64,000 nucleotides of DNA from contig CANQQE010000007.1 of assembly GCA_947625935.1 (NCBI GenBank), forward strand, positions 13,724-77,723. The letters are read 5' to 3'. The DNA is from an uncultured Muribaculaceae bacterium (lineage in GTDB: Bacteria > Bacteroidota > Bacteroidia > Bacteroidales > Muribaculaceae). The notes under the pieces are model-generated. The model did no database searches and was not told the DNA's origin. It saw only the letters and a list, made by a program, of their open reading frames with translations. This document shows, one piece after another, positions 54,414 through 62,794 of the stretch (positions are counted from its first letter, which is position 1; every line of letters begins with the position of its first letter). Both the position numbers and the translations under genes were made by a program.

Positions 54414-55037
54414 ATGCGGTATTTGAATAAACAGCTCAACGGCGCGGATACCCGCAACAACTTCGTCAGATCTATGGATCTGTACGGCGGAACGAGCTTT
54501 GAACAGGCATTAGAAAATTACAACAAAGAGTGGTTTTCCAGCAAACGCAAGCAGTATCTGAACCAGGCATTCAAGCTGGTATTGGAGAAACAGCTGTTCT
54601 GGCCTGCCAGAGTGATCCCTGAGATGCTTGACGAGATCTATGTCAACGAATCAGACCGCTACGATGCGAAAAAGATGGCCCAGGATATCGACAACTTGAA
54701 ATCCAAGTACCAGATCTGGGCGTCGAAGCGCAAGAACCAGCCGGTAACGAGCAATGATATCTTAAAAGAGATCAAGAGTTTCGAGATGAAATACCGGTAC
54801 TCCTGCCCCGAATCCTTTAAGTTTTACTGGATGAACAACGGAGCATTTATTACGTTATCTTATGGAATAAAATTCGAGGATCTGGTCTTTCCCGGCATGG
54901 ACCAGGCGCAGAGCCTATCAAAGTTACAGGCGATGGGCCTCGAAGTACTGACCGACCATGACCACGACGTCGATGAAAGGCTGTTCAAGCTCTGCTATTT
55001 TCTTTACAGCAAAAAAGCGATTGCAGCCGAAGCATAA
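54414..55037 (+). CDS. Hypothetical protein co-transcribed with the RT
   Basis: 207 aa. AAGGAGG SD lies 22 nt after the RT stop. No motif recognised. Confidence 0.7.
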   Translation: MRYLNKQLNGADTRNNFVRSMDLYGGTSFEQALENYNKEWFSSKRKQYLNQAFKLVLEKQLFWPARVIPEMLDEIYVNESDRYDAKKMAQDIDNLKSKYQIWASKRKNQPVTSNDILKEIKSFEMKYRYSCPESFKFYWMNNGAFITLSYGIKFEDLVFPGMDQAQSLSKLQAMGLEVLTDHDHDVDERLFKLCYFLYSKKAIAAEA

Positions 55038-55099
55038 CAAAATTTTTTATGATAAGAACTGCGCCGAACACACGGCGAAACGGCAAGCGAGACGGCCGC

Positions 55100-55145
55100 G
55101 CTCAAAGCCCCGCGAGGATGTAAATGGCGCGCGGGGGCTTTGAGC
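55100..55145 (+). other. Strong GC-rich hairpin without a U-tract at the end of the RT operon and start of the ORF-free region
   Basis: GCTCAAAGCCCC (55100-55111) pairs with GGGGCTTTGAGC (55134-55145). After a one-nt bulge (G55133), 55112-55114 pairs with 55130-55132 for 3 more bp. Confidence 0.6.
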
Positions 55146-56786
55146 AGGTACAAAATGCGTAGAATATATAAATCCATGATTTAGCGAGCCTAACGAGGGG
55201 AGTGAGACCACCTCTCCGGCTGGAACCCGCTTTACGCATTTTCGTTACACTCAGAGCAATGACTATCGGAATGTGTCATGGCCGCAAGCTGCCAGAAAAT
55301 TTCAGCCCGGCACAGGGCTGACAGCGGAAATGAGCGCACTCCCCCAGATCCGTAGGACTGGGGGAGTTAAACGAAGAGTAAGAACAGGGTTTTTTTTTAA
55401 AACGGGGTTGACGAGGGGACTAAATGTCACTTGAGAAACCGCATATGAGCGGTCTTCAAGGATCCATGAGAAGACGCGTCGGCGAACCAGCTGGCACCGC
55501 GGTATCAAGGAGGTTCTCCGAGGCAGGGTCTCGAAGATCGTATGATCACGATCATTCCGGATGACCCGTAAGTCCAGAGAGGCTGGAATGCCACGACCGT
55601 GCAGCACAGTGCACTATAAGTGAAAGTCCACCCAGTCGTATGAGCCCGGTGAATTCAGGATCATTATCAAAACTCCCTCTGGGATTACAGCGTAATTAGC
55701 TGCCTGGAAGGCGAGCTGATCATGAGCTTGAACCTTGGACCAGGATGAATTCACTCGCAGGTCACCGTTCAGCTGGAGGAAAGATGATTTGGACGCCGTC
55801 AATCCTTGGCGCCAATGAATCATGATCACGTACGTAAATTCCAGAAGGCCTGAACCAGAGCTCCATGAACCATGGAATTTCGAGTCGGCAAAGCCACCGG
55901 CAATGCGAATCTGATCAAAACGTTCGCGATGAAACAGGCATGCCTGATGCAGGCGACACTGCCGTAGCTGTCGAATGAACTCGGATGGTGATGCTTCCGG
56001 TAGGACCCGTACTCACAATTGTACAACCAGGACAATCCGGATGAATTCCAGGGATGCCGTTTATGATCATGTTTGATATCAAAAGACAAAGCATTCGTAG
56101 AAGCCGTCGGCTGGATCCGCAATCATGAATCATGTGACTTATAGTCGACTAGGCTGCCCGCGATAGCGAACTTCAACGCACCAGTGTCAATCCGCCAGGC
56201 TTAATCATGATCGAAATGATGTCCAGAACAACTGGATAAACACATGCTGCGGGACACAGGTCCGAGCAGGTGATGGATCCTGGCTGGGATACCTGGCTTA
56301 GGCGCCTTTCTTCGAGCAACAAATGCTGCCATATGAAGAGCATCAGTTACGATCGGAATCAGACGACCTGAAGAAATGACTGATCAGTCAGCTGTTTCGG
56401 AACCTGATCCAATCAAATGCCTCAGGTGCGTGCGATCAAAGTTTCGAGACACGTGGAATAACTTCAGAAATGTTGGAATATTTGTGAGGACCATGCAATG
56501 GATCTGGGATTAACGCGCGCCAGCACTGTGAAATATTCCATGTGGCCTGTAACAATTCCAGACCGGTTGTTGAAGACGAGGATCATCCATCCGGATACGA
56601 TCAGTCGCTCCTCCCTGCGGTACCATGGAACTTCGCATCCACGGTCCGTCTCCAAGGACGTCCATGAAAACCGGCTGCCCAATGATGAGTCGAGTTCCGA
56701 ATGCTCAGCCTGACCCGTTTAAACTTTTCGCTATGAAACAACGATTATCTGAATGTGCTGTGTTCAGACCCGCTGTCACTTTTTTT
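55146..56786 (+). ncRNA. Candidate very large structured non-coding RNA, or an extremely long structured leader of the Clp-like/helicase operon
   Basis: The 1.77-kb gap has no ORF over 101 aa and no SD-led ORF. Its base composition is coding-like, unlike the AT-rich spacers elsewhere. It contains several exact helices and repeated sequence modules (see findings). It ends in T7 at 56780-56786. The strand is inferred from flanking gene polarity only. Confidence 0.4.
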
Positions 56787-56806
56787 CAAATAGGAGGTAA
56801 ACAGTT

Positions 56807-58537
56807 ATGCCCTTAGATTTCAGACAAAATCAGAACAACGCTCCGGGAACGATGGGGCCGCCCCCTGGTGCCGTCACGCCCAATCAGGCCATGCAGGCAG
56901 TACAGAACTCTGCGACCGAAGAGCTGATGATCAACTACAACAAGAAATTCGCGAACGGCATGCCCGCCAAATACCGCGACAAAGAGATCTTCACGGTTAT
57001 CTCGCAGCTCATGATGAGCCAGAAATCCTGTTCTTTATTGGTCGGAGCGCCCGGTGTCGGCAAGACCAAGATCGTTGAGGAGATCGCCCGCCTGATCGCG
57101 GCGAAATCGCCTTACACCAATACGCTCAATGAATATACAGTCTACGAACTGCCGCTGACGAACCTGATGTCCGGCACAAGCTACCGGGGCGACTTGGAGC
57201 TGCGCGTGAAGGAGCTGGTCGAGTACTGCGAGAACAACAAAGTGATCCTGTTCATTGACGAGATCCATCAGCTGATCGACGGCCAGGCAAGCATGTCGGG
57301 CATCGCGCAGATGCTGAAGCCGGCTATGGCCAGAGGCTCGATCAAGATCATCGGCGCGACAACCACGCAGGAGTCCAAGAACTTATTGGACGATCCTGCT
57401 TTCAACCGCAGGTTCAACAAAGTCCAGGTATGCGAACTCTCTATTGAACAAACCGTGGACATCATCCAGACCGTGTATATTCCGAAAATGGGAACGTTTT
57501 ACGGCTGCTCCTTTGCAAATAACCTGGCAAAAATCGTCGTTGAGGCTGCTGAGCGGTCCAAAACAATCACCTGCCACCGCCCCGACAACGCGATCACAAT
57601 GCTTGACCAGATCTGCGCAAACACCGTCCTCACCAGGAACTATAACATAGCCACCTGCCAGGATCCGGCCGTCAAGCAGACGCTGCAGGCTACGCCGTGC
57701 GTCGTGAACGCCAACCATGTGGAACTGTTCAACCGTGAAGCCAATTTCACGCTGCCTGACAGCTTTGACAGCTTGAAATCCAAGCTGCTCTATCAGGACA
57801 AAGCGGTCGACGCACTCTATGAGAACTTAAAAGAGTTCGTCCAGATCAACGAACTGTTTCCTGAGAAAAAGCCGCTCGTGCTGAAAATTTTCGGCGCGGA
57901 CAAGACAGGCAAAACGACGCTGGCAAAGCTGGCGGCCGAGATGATCGACGAATCTCCGGTATATCTCGATCTGGCCGATTATTCCGACGCACCCAGCCTG
58001 AACCGTATCATCGGCTCTCCCATGGGCTATGTCGGATCGGATTCCAAGAAAGAAATGCCGTTCGACATTATCGAGTCTTCGCCGAGAAAAGTGATCATCT
58101 TAGACAATCTGGATTGCTGTCACGCCGTCATCCACGACTTCTTTGAGTCCGCGATCGACACGGCGCTGATCAAGTATGCCGACAACCGGATGATCGACAT
58201 CTCGAAGTGCATTATCATCATTACGAGCCATATGGAGAAAAAGACCGCCACGATCGGACTGGTCGTTCCTGAAGCAAAGACCGCGAAGAACGAGATCACT
58301 ATGGAAATACTCACGGACAACGAGCTCGTCGACGGCACAAAGACGATCATGCGCCAGCTTATTGCAGGCATGAAATCGTCCCATACAAAGTATTCCAGCC
58401 TTCCGGATGAATTGGACTTGACTGCGGAAGACGAAAAAGGCATTATAAATGTTGGTGATATGACGCGGACAGCGAAAAATGTGATCCTGCGCTATATCAA
58501 CCAGCCTGTAACAGCGGCCGCGGCAGAGAAAAAATAA
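56807..58537 (+). CDS. ClpA/ClpB-like double-AAA+ ATPase, second paralogue (D2 Walker B degenerate)
   Basis: D1 has LLVGAPGVGKTKIVEEIA, VILFIDEIHQL and IIGATTTQESKNLLDDPAFNRRF. D2 has KIFGADKTGKTTLAKL, but the Walker B position reads VIILDNLD. AGGAGG SD. Confidence 0.8.
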   Translation: MPLDFRQNQNNAPGTMGPPPGAVTPNQAMQAVQNSATEELMINYNKKFANGMPAKYRDKEIFTVISQLMMSQKSCSLLVGAPGVGKTKIVEEIARLIAAKSPYTNTLNEYTVYELPLTNLMSGTSYRGDLELRVKELVEYCENNKVILFIDEIHQLIDGQASMSGIAQMLKPAMARGSIKIIGATTTQESKNLLDDPAFNRRFNKVQVCELSIEQTVDIIQTVYIPKMGTFYGCSFANNLAKIVVEAAERSKTITCHRPDNAITMLDQICANTVLTRNYNIATCQDPAVKQTLQATPCVVNANHVELFNREANFTLPDSFDSLKSKLLYQDKAVDALYENLKEFVQINELFPEKKPLVLKIFGADKTGKTTLAKLAAEMIDESPVYLDLADYSDAPSLNRIIGSPMGYVGSDSKKEMPFDIIESSPRKVIILDNLDCCHAVIHDFFESAIDTALIKYADNRMIDISKCIIIITSHMEKKTATIGLVVPEAKTAKNEITMEILTDNELVDGTKTIMRQLIAGMKSSHTKYSSLPDELDLTAEDEKGIINVGDMTRTAKNVILRYINQPVTAAAAEKK

Positions 58538-58579
58538 ATCTGCCGCCCCGCGATTCGCATAAAAGGAGGAAAAAAAGTT

Positions 58580-60217
58580 ATGCCACTTATTTTGGAAGAC
58601 ACCGCTGCCGAAAAACAGCCAAACGGCGGCACAGTTCCTGCAGCGCTCCAGTACAGCCCGAAAGATTACAGTTCGATCTTAACAGGCAACGGAGTCAACC
58701 AGGGTCTTCTGCGCAGCATTGTAACGGCCGGAGGCTCTGCAAATGTTCCCAACCATATCATCCAGACCATTGATGACGAACGGTACAATGCAAAAAACCA
58801 TGCGTATCATGTTCATGACGACGTGCGCTCTTACACCGTGCTGCACCAGGACATCTCGCTCTGCGGCGGACTTAGCTCAAACGCTTCGGCCGTCCCCGCC
58901 CACCTGCTCAGAGACCATTTCATGACACTGGAGGACGCAAACGGCAATACCGTAACATACAGATCAAGGCTGTTCCTGAAAAAGATCTATGTCTATAAGG
59001 CAGTCAACAACTATGTACTGGGAAGCTATATCCTGATCGCCGCAGACGAGGCAAACCCGTTCAACTTTGTGATCGCCTCAGAAGATGCGCTCTTCACAAA
59101 AGGACAGAACGGCCTGATCACCAAGCTCTACAAAGAAGTGGAGGGCCAGGTCATCGCAAAATGCCGGAAGAACGGCTTTACGGTCAAGATCAATGACGCC
59201 GCGATGCTCGCCCAGGACGAAGAAAGCCGCACGATGTACGAGCTTATCATGTCCGAACTGGAAATCATCAAGACGCAGGGCCTGCTCAAGCAGACGCTGC
59301 AGAGTCTTTCCGCGAGCAGCTATGATGCGCTGAGCTACGCCAACGGCATCCTGAATCTGATCAACCTGCCGTTCGCGCTCTATCAGACCGATGTCATTGA
59401 TGTCGTAAACAGCAGATCGGCAGATGAAGCAGTAATGCTCAAGAACGCGAACATGTCGCTCTCTCTTGCTGACACGCTGAGCGCGATGCAAAACCGCAGC
59501 AGCATGGTGATCCCAGAGCTTACCGGCAAACATTACACCACGAACCAGATCCATCTGACGACCGAACAGATCGCTGCCATTGAGGCCGACTCGAAGATCA
59601 CGATCATAGCGGCCGGAGCGGGGACCGGAAAATCATCCAGCATCATCCATAGGCTTCACTTCATGGAGGAGAACGGCTGCAACATGCACCAGACCTATGT
59701 ACTGAGCTTTACAAAAGCAGCCGCGGGACATATCAAGAAGCTGTTCAAGGCGTGCAAATCCTGTACGATTGCAGATTTTACGCACAGCTTTGTGAACGTG
59801 ATATTAGACGACGGCTCCGGCACGCACGTGGACATCATCGCGCACTCTGACTTCGTTCAGAAATTAAGGATCCAGATCGACGACCTGGTGAACGCGAACA
59901 TTTTACAGAAGGCAACAGAAGACGCGCTGCTCAAGTTCCTGCAAGCATGTGCCAACATCGAAACCCAGCAGAACACACTGCTCAACATGCTGGACGCTTC
60001 TTTGAATCCCGAAGCAATGAACATCTTATCGGTGTTAAAGATGATGCGCGTTTCTTCTTTGGAACTGGATCCCATTATTTTCCACACGCAGCTTTCGGTG
60101 CTTACACCAAACATCGAGCACATCGTTATCGACGAAAGCCAGGACTCGAACCGGCTGGAATTCCTGACGATGCTCAAGATGGCAATGCTGCATGATATCA
60201 GTATCTACGTAGTGGGT
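58580..60217 (+). CDS. UvrD/PcrA-like superfamily-1 helicase, exon 1 (N-terminal unknown domain plus motifs Q, I, Ia, II)
   Basis: IIAAGAGTGKSSSI (motif I), VLSFTKAAAGHI (Ia) and HIVIDESQDSN (II). The reading frame runs into intron sequence after ...ISIYVVG and stops at 60224-60226. Confidence 0.8.
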
Positions 60218-61390
60218 AAGGCATAATTGCCCACTTTAAACCCTACTAACTGCGGGAAACCGACATGAAAAAATCATGTAAAACATACCTGCTACCGCGC
60301 TGTTTTAGAAATAGAACAGGCAGCACAACGGATAACGCCGTTGGGATGGTAAAAACGCAGGATCATGGCGGCAATCACGAAAACGCAGCCAGACAGCATA
60401 ACGTAAAGACGATGCTGTAAGGTTCATCGACTATCGAAAGCTATAAATCCATAAGAGTCAAGCGATTGACGGGGTTGAAAATAAGGGTAGGTGAAAACCT
60501 ACCGCGAAGCAAGTAGAGTAGCGCCCGGCGGCATGACCGGGTCAGTCTTCGGCTGAGATTAGGCCGGAATAAGCCTGTTAAAGCGAAATGACGGGCTTGC
60601 ATGTCTTAACGGATTTAATATTATTCGGTAAAATAAGACATACAAGATGATATAGTCAAAAATTTGGAGAACGGAGGGACCTCATGCAGACCTCAACACA
60701 GGTAAACAGAAAACATACAGTGAATGAATCTTATTTTAACAATATCGACACGCAGGAAAAGGCATACTGGCTCGGTTTTATCTGGGCCGACGGCAGCATC
60801 TCAAAAACGAGCAAACGGTCAAGCGGGCCAAACAGACTGCGAGTTACACAAAAAGATGCAGAATCTGACCATCTTAAAAAATTCAAAACCGCGATTGGTG
60901 CTGATAACGAAATTAAATTCGTTGACAAAGGGAACGGCCATATTATTGCGCAGCTTGACATCAACTCCCGCTTATTGTGTGAGTCGCTGCAGAAATTAGG
61001 ATATGGGCCAAAAAATGTCAGAGTTCATATTCCAAAGATCCGAAAAAACCTGCTGCACCACTTCATACGAGGTTATTTTGACGGCGACGGATGTTTATCG
61101 GTATACGAACAAAAAGTCAAAAAGTATATGATAAACAAACAGGAGTGGTCGCTGACAGGAAACAAAATCCTCATGCAGGAAATACAAGATCTGCTGACAG
61201 TTTCGGCACAAGTCACACCGACAGTTGCTTTAAAAGATTACAAAAAATCACCTGCGACCGCCTCGCTCCGCTACGGTAAAAACATCGATATTATACTGCT
61301 GTATGTTTATCTTTACAAAAATGCTGCTGTTTATCTACACACAAAGCACAATAAATTCATAGAATTTTTCTCCAGATCCGCGTCAAAAAG
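60218..61390 (+). mobile_element. Group I intron (1173 nt) interrupting the helicase gene between motifs II and III
   Basis: The 5' exon ends in U (60217). P1 forms between GUGGGU (60212-60217) and GCCCAC (60229-60234), with the U.G wobble at the splice site. The intron ends in G (61390). Joining the exons restores YVVG|DCAQTLYEFRDAD (motif III). The intron carries a LAGLIDADG ORF. Confidence 0.75.
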
Positions 61391-61442
61391 GATTGTGCCC
61401 AGACGCTCTATGAATTCAGGGATGCCGACCCGCGCATCCTGA
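60684..61442 (+). CDS. LAGLIDADG homing endonuclease (double-motif), intron-encoded
   Basis: Motifs YWLGFIWADGSI and IRGYFDGDGCLS. GGAGGG SD. The stop codon lies 52 nt past the predicted 3' splice site. Confidence 0.85.
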   Translation: MQTSTQVNRKHTVNESYFNNIDTQEKAYWLGFIWADGSISKTSKRSSGPNRLRVTQKDAESDHLKKFKTAIGADNEIKFVDKGNGHIIAQLDINSRLLCESLQKLGYGPKNVRVHIPKIRKNLLHHFIRGYFDGDGCLSVYEQKVKKYMINKQEWSLTGNKILMQEIQDLLTVSAQVTPTVALKDYKKSPATASLRYGKNIDIILLYVYLYKNAAVYLHTKHNKFIEFFSRSASKRIVPRRSMNSGMPTRAS

Positions 61443-62401
61443 ACAACTTGACGAAACTGTTCAACACGTTCGACCTTACGATCAACCATCGGTCCACCCA
61501 GATCATTCTGGACGTGGCCAACCTGATCAGCAACACGATGAACATGCACAAAACAACGCTCAGGTCCAACAACCTGACGCAGCCTATCACCAAAGCCGAG
61601 ATCGACAAGACCATTACGATCAACACTTATAATAAAGTGACCGATCCGGATACCCAGCTCATTCTGGACAACTACCTGGAAAAACATCTCGGCAACGCGA
61701 ACGGCGAAACGATCGCTGTCATCGCCCGCTCCGGAAACGATGTGGTGCATCTGTATGAGTATTTGGAAACTAAATACGGCTCCAAATACGAAATCCAGAA
61801 CATCACGTCCCAGCGGCGGAACGACATCACGATCCTGTCTGCCATCGGCAACAACCTGCAGACGCTTGTCAACAACACGGCGATCCAGAGCTGGAATGAT
61901 TTCGAGAGCATGATCACGACCGAAAACCTCAGGCTCAATGCAAACAGCCGCCGCAACCGTACCAACGGCACTATGCCCAGCGTCAATAAAGTAACGATGG
62001 AATGGCTGGCGGAGCAGCAGGCCGACGCGGCCAATATTATCGCGGAATTAAACGATCCGAACCAGCAGGCCGCCCGCGTACGCAAACTCCAGATGTCCCT
62101 GCTCGATACGCAGACCAAGAAGAACAATCTGCTGCAGAGAGTCATGGACGCGAAGAATGCAAAACTCAAAGAGAAAAAGGCAGACATCGTGGTCTGCACC
62201 GTGCATGGCGTCAAAGGCCTGGAATACGATCATGTGGCATGTTTCATCAACACCGAAGCTGAAAAATCTTATTCCGTAACGGATGAGAACAAACGTATCG
62301 CGTACGTAGCGCTCACCAGAGCAAAACAGACGGAATGCGTATTCTGCACCAGGGAAAAGCTCGTAAAGGATTTCGAGGCTTATTACCAGGCGCAGCCGTA
62401 A
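61391..62401 (+). CDS. UvrD/PcrA-like helicase, exon 2 (motifs III-VI)
   Basis: In frame with ORF 61448..62401. DCAQTLYEFRDAD (III), TINHRSTQIILDVAN (IV), VCTVHGVKGLEYDHV (V) and RIAYVALTRAKQ (VI). Terminator lies downstream. Confidence 0.8.
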   Translation, partial: DCAQTLYEFRDADPRILNNLTKLFNTFDLTINHRSTQIILDVANLISNTMNMHKTTLRSNNLTQPITKAEIDKTITINTYNKVTDPDTQLILDNYLEKHLGNANGETIAVIARSGNDVVHLYEYLETKYGSKYEIQNITSQRRNDITILSAIGNNLQTLVNNTAIQSWNDFESMITTENLRLNANSRRNRTNGTMPSVNKVTMEWLAEQQADAANIIAELNDPNQQAARVRKLQMSLLDTQTKKNNLLQRVMDAKNAKLKEKKADIVVCTVHGVKGLEYDHVACFINTEAEKSYSVTDENKRIAYVALTRAKQTECVFCTREKLVKDFEAYYQAQP

Positions 62402-62411
62402 CAACTGACCT

Positions 62412-62447
62412 CAGCGGGAGAGCTGAACTGCTCTCCTGCTGTTTTTT
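62412..62447 (+). terminator. Terminator after the helicase gene
   Basis: 12-bp stem CAGCGGGAGAGC / GCTCTCCTGCTG (one mismatch) followed by T6. Confidence 0.8.
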
Positions 62448-62469
62448 AAGACAACATAGGAGTGAAGAT

Positions 62470-62790
62470 ATGCCGAAAAACGACGACCCTTATATTCGAT
62501 TAAATGGCATCCAGGGCGACAGCCTGGAAGATTACAGTACGGTCTTTGCCGAAATTCAGAAGATCTTGAAAAAAGACGTCCCGCAATACGATCCGCAGCA
62601 CATGTACATCGAAAAACAGTCATTCCACCCTGATGACTGGTATTTATGGTCAGTAGCGGCCCGAAAACGGAGCGACCCGGACAAGTACGGTGTGTGGACG
62701 GCCAACCTAAGCCTCAGCGGCCTGTATAACGGTCATTACGACGTTCCTGTTACCGAAGTAACAGGGTTTTTGAATGAAAAAAGGAGGTGA
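62470..62790 (+). CDS. Hypothetical protein (106 aa)
   Basis: ORF track gives 62335, but that start lies inside the helicase gene and its terminator. ATG 62470 follows AGGAGTGAAG. Confidence 0.6.
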   Translation: MPKNDDPYIRLNGIQGDSLEDYSTVFAEIQKILKKDVPQYDPQHMYIEKQSFHPDDWYLWSVAARKRSDPDKYGVWTANLSLSGLYNGHYDVPVTEVTGFLNEKRR

Positions 62791-62794
62791 CATT

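Noticed and set aside
52906-55145. A diversity-generating retroelement (DGR) around the RT.
   Set aside because: The RT motif-4 region reads LRQGCAVAAFLAD rather than the DGR-typical pattern. I saw no template/variable repeat pair of about 100-150 nt near the RT or at the 3' end of neighbouring genes. This was an eye-level check only.
55390-55398. The T9 run inside the ORF-free region as an intrinsic terminator that would split it into a small sRNA plus a second transcript.
   Set aside because: No stable hairpin directly precedes the T-run. The nearest (55339-55366) ends 23 nt upstream. It could still be a pause or processing site.
55038-56806. A striking number of 6-bp palindromes and restriction sites in the ORF-free region (GGATCC x3, GAATTC x3, TGATCA x6, CCATGG x2, GGTACC, GTCGAC, GCATGC, CACGTG and others), which suggested a synthetic polylinker-like or restriction-related feature.
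   Set aside because: One in 64 hexamers is palindromic, so about 25-28 are expected in 1.7 kb. My count is of that order. Only the two 12-nt palindromes and the GATC bias seem worth noting.
55038-56806. An ORF-less group II intron or retron msr/msd as the identity of the gap, given the neighbouring RT.
   Set aside because: I found no GUGYG 5' end, no domain V-like hairpin of about 34 nt with an AGC triad and GNRA loop, and no flanking split gene. The region is also far larger than retron ncRNAs. It stays as an unclassified RNA candidate, with covariance-model searches proposed.
55302-56816. ORF-track entries inside the gap (55302-55607, 55614-55829, 55826-56122, 55915-56133 and 56464-56682 on the minus strand; 56498-56713 and 56625-56816 on the plus strand) as possible genes or a decayed gene.
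   Set aside because: None has an SD or a promoter, and they overlap one another in different frames. Their translations are R/S/L/P-rich and unlike the other proteins of the element. They run antisense to the local gene polarity or into the SD of the next gene. A decayed gene cannot be fully excluded without homologues.
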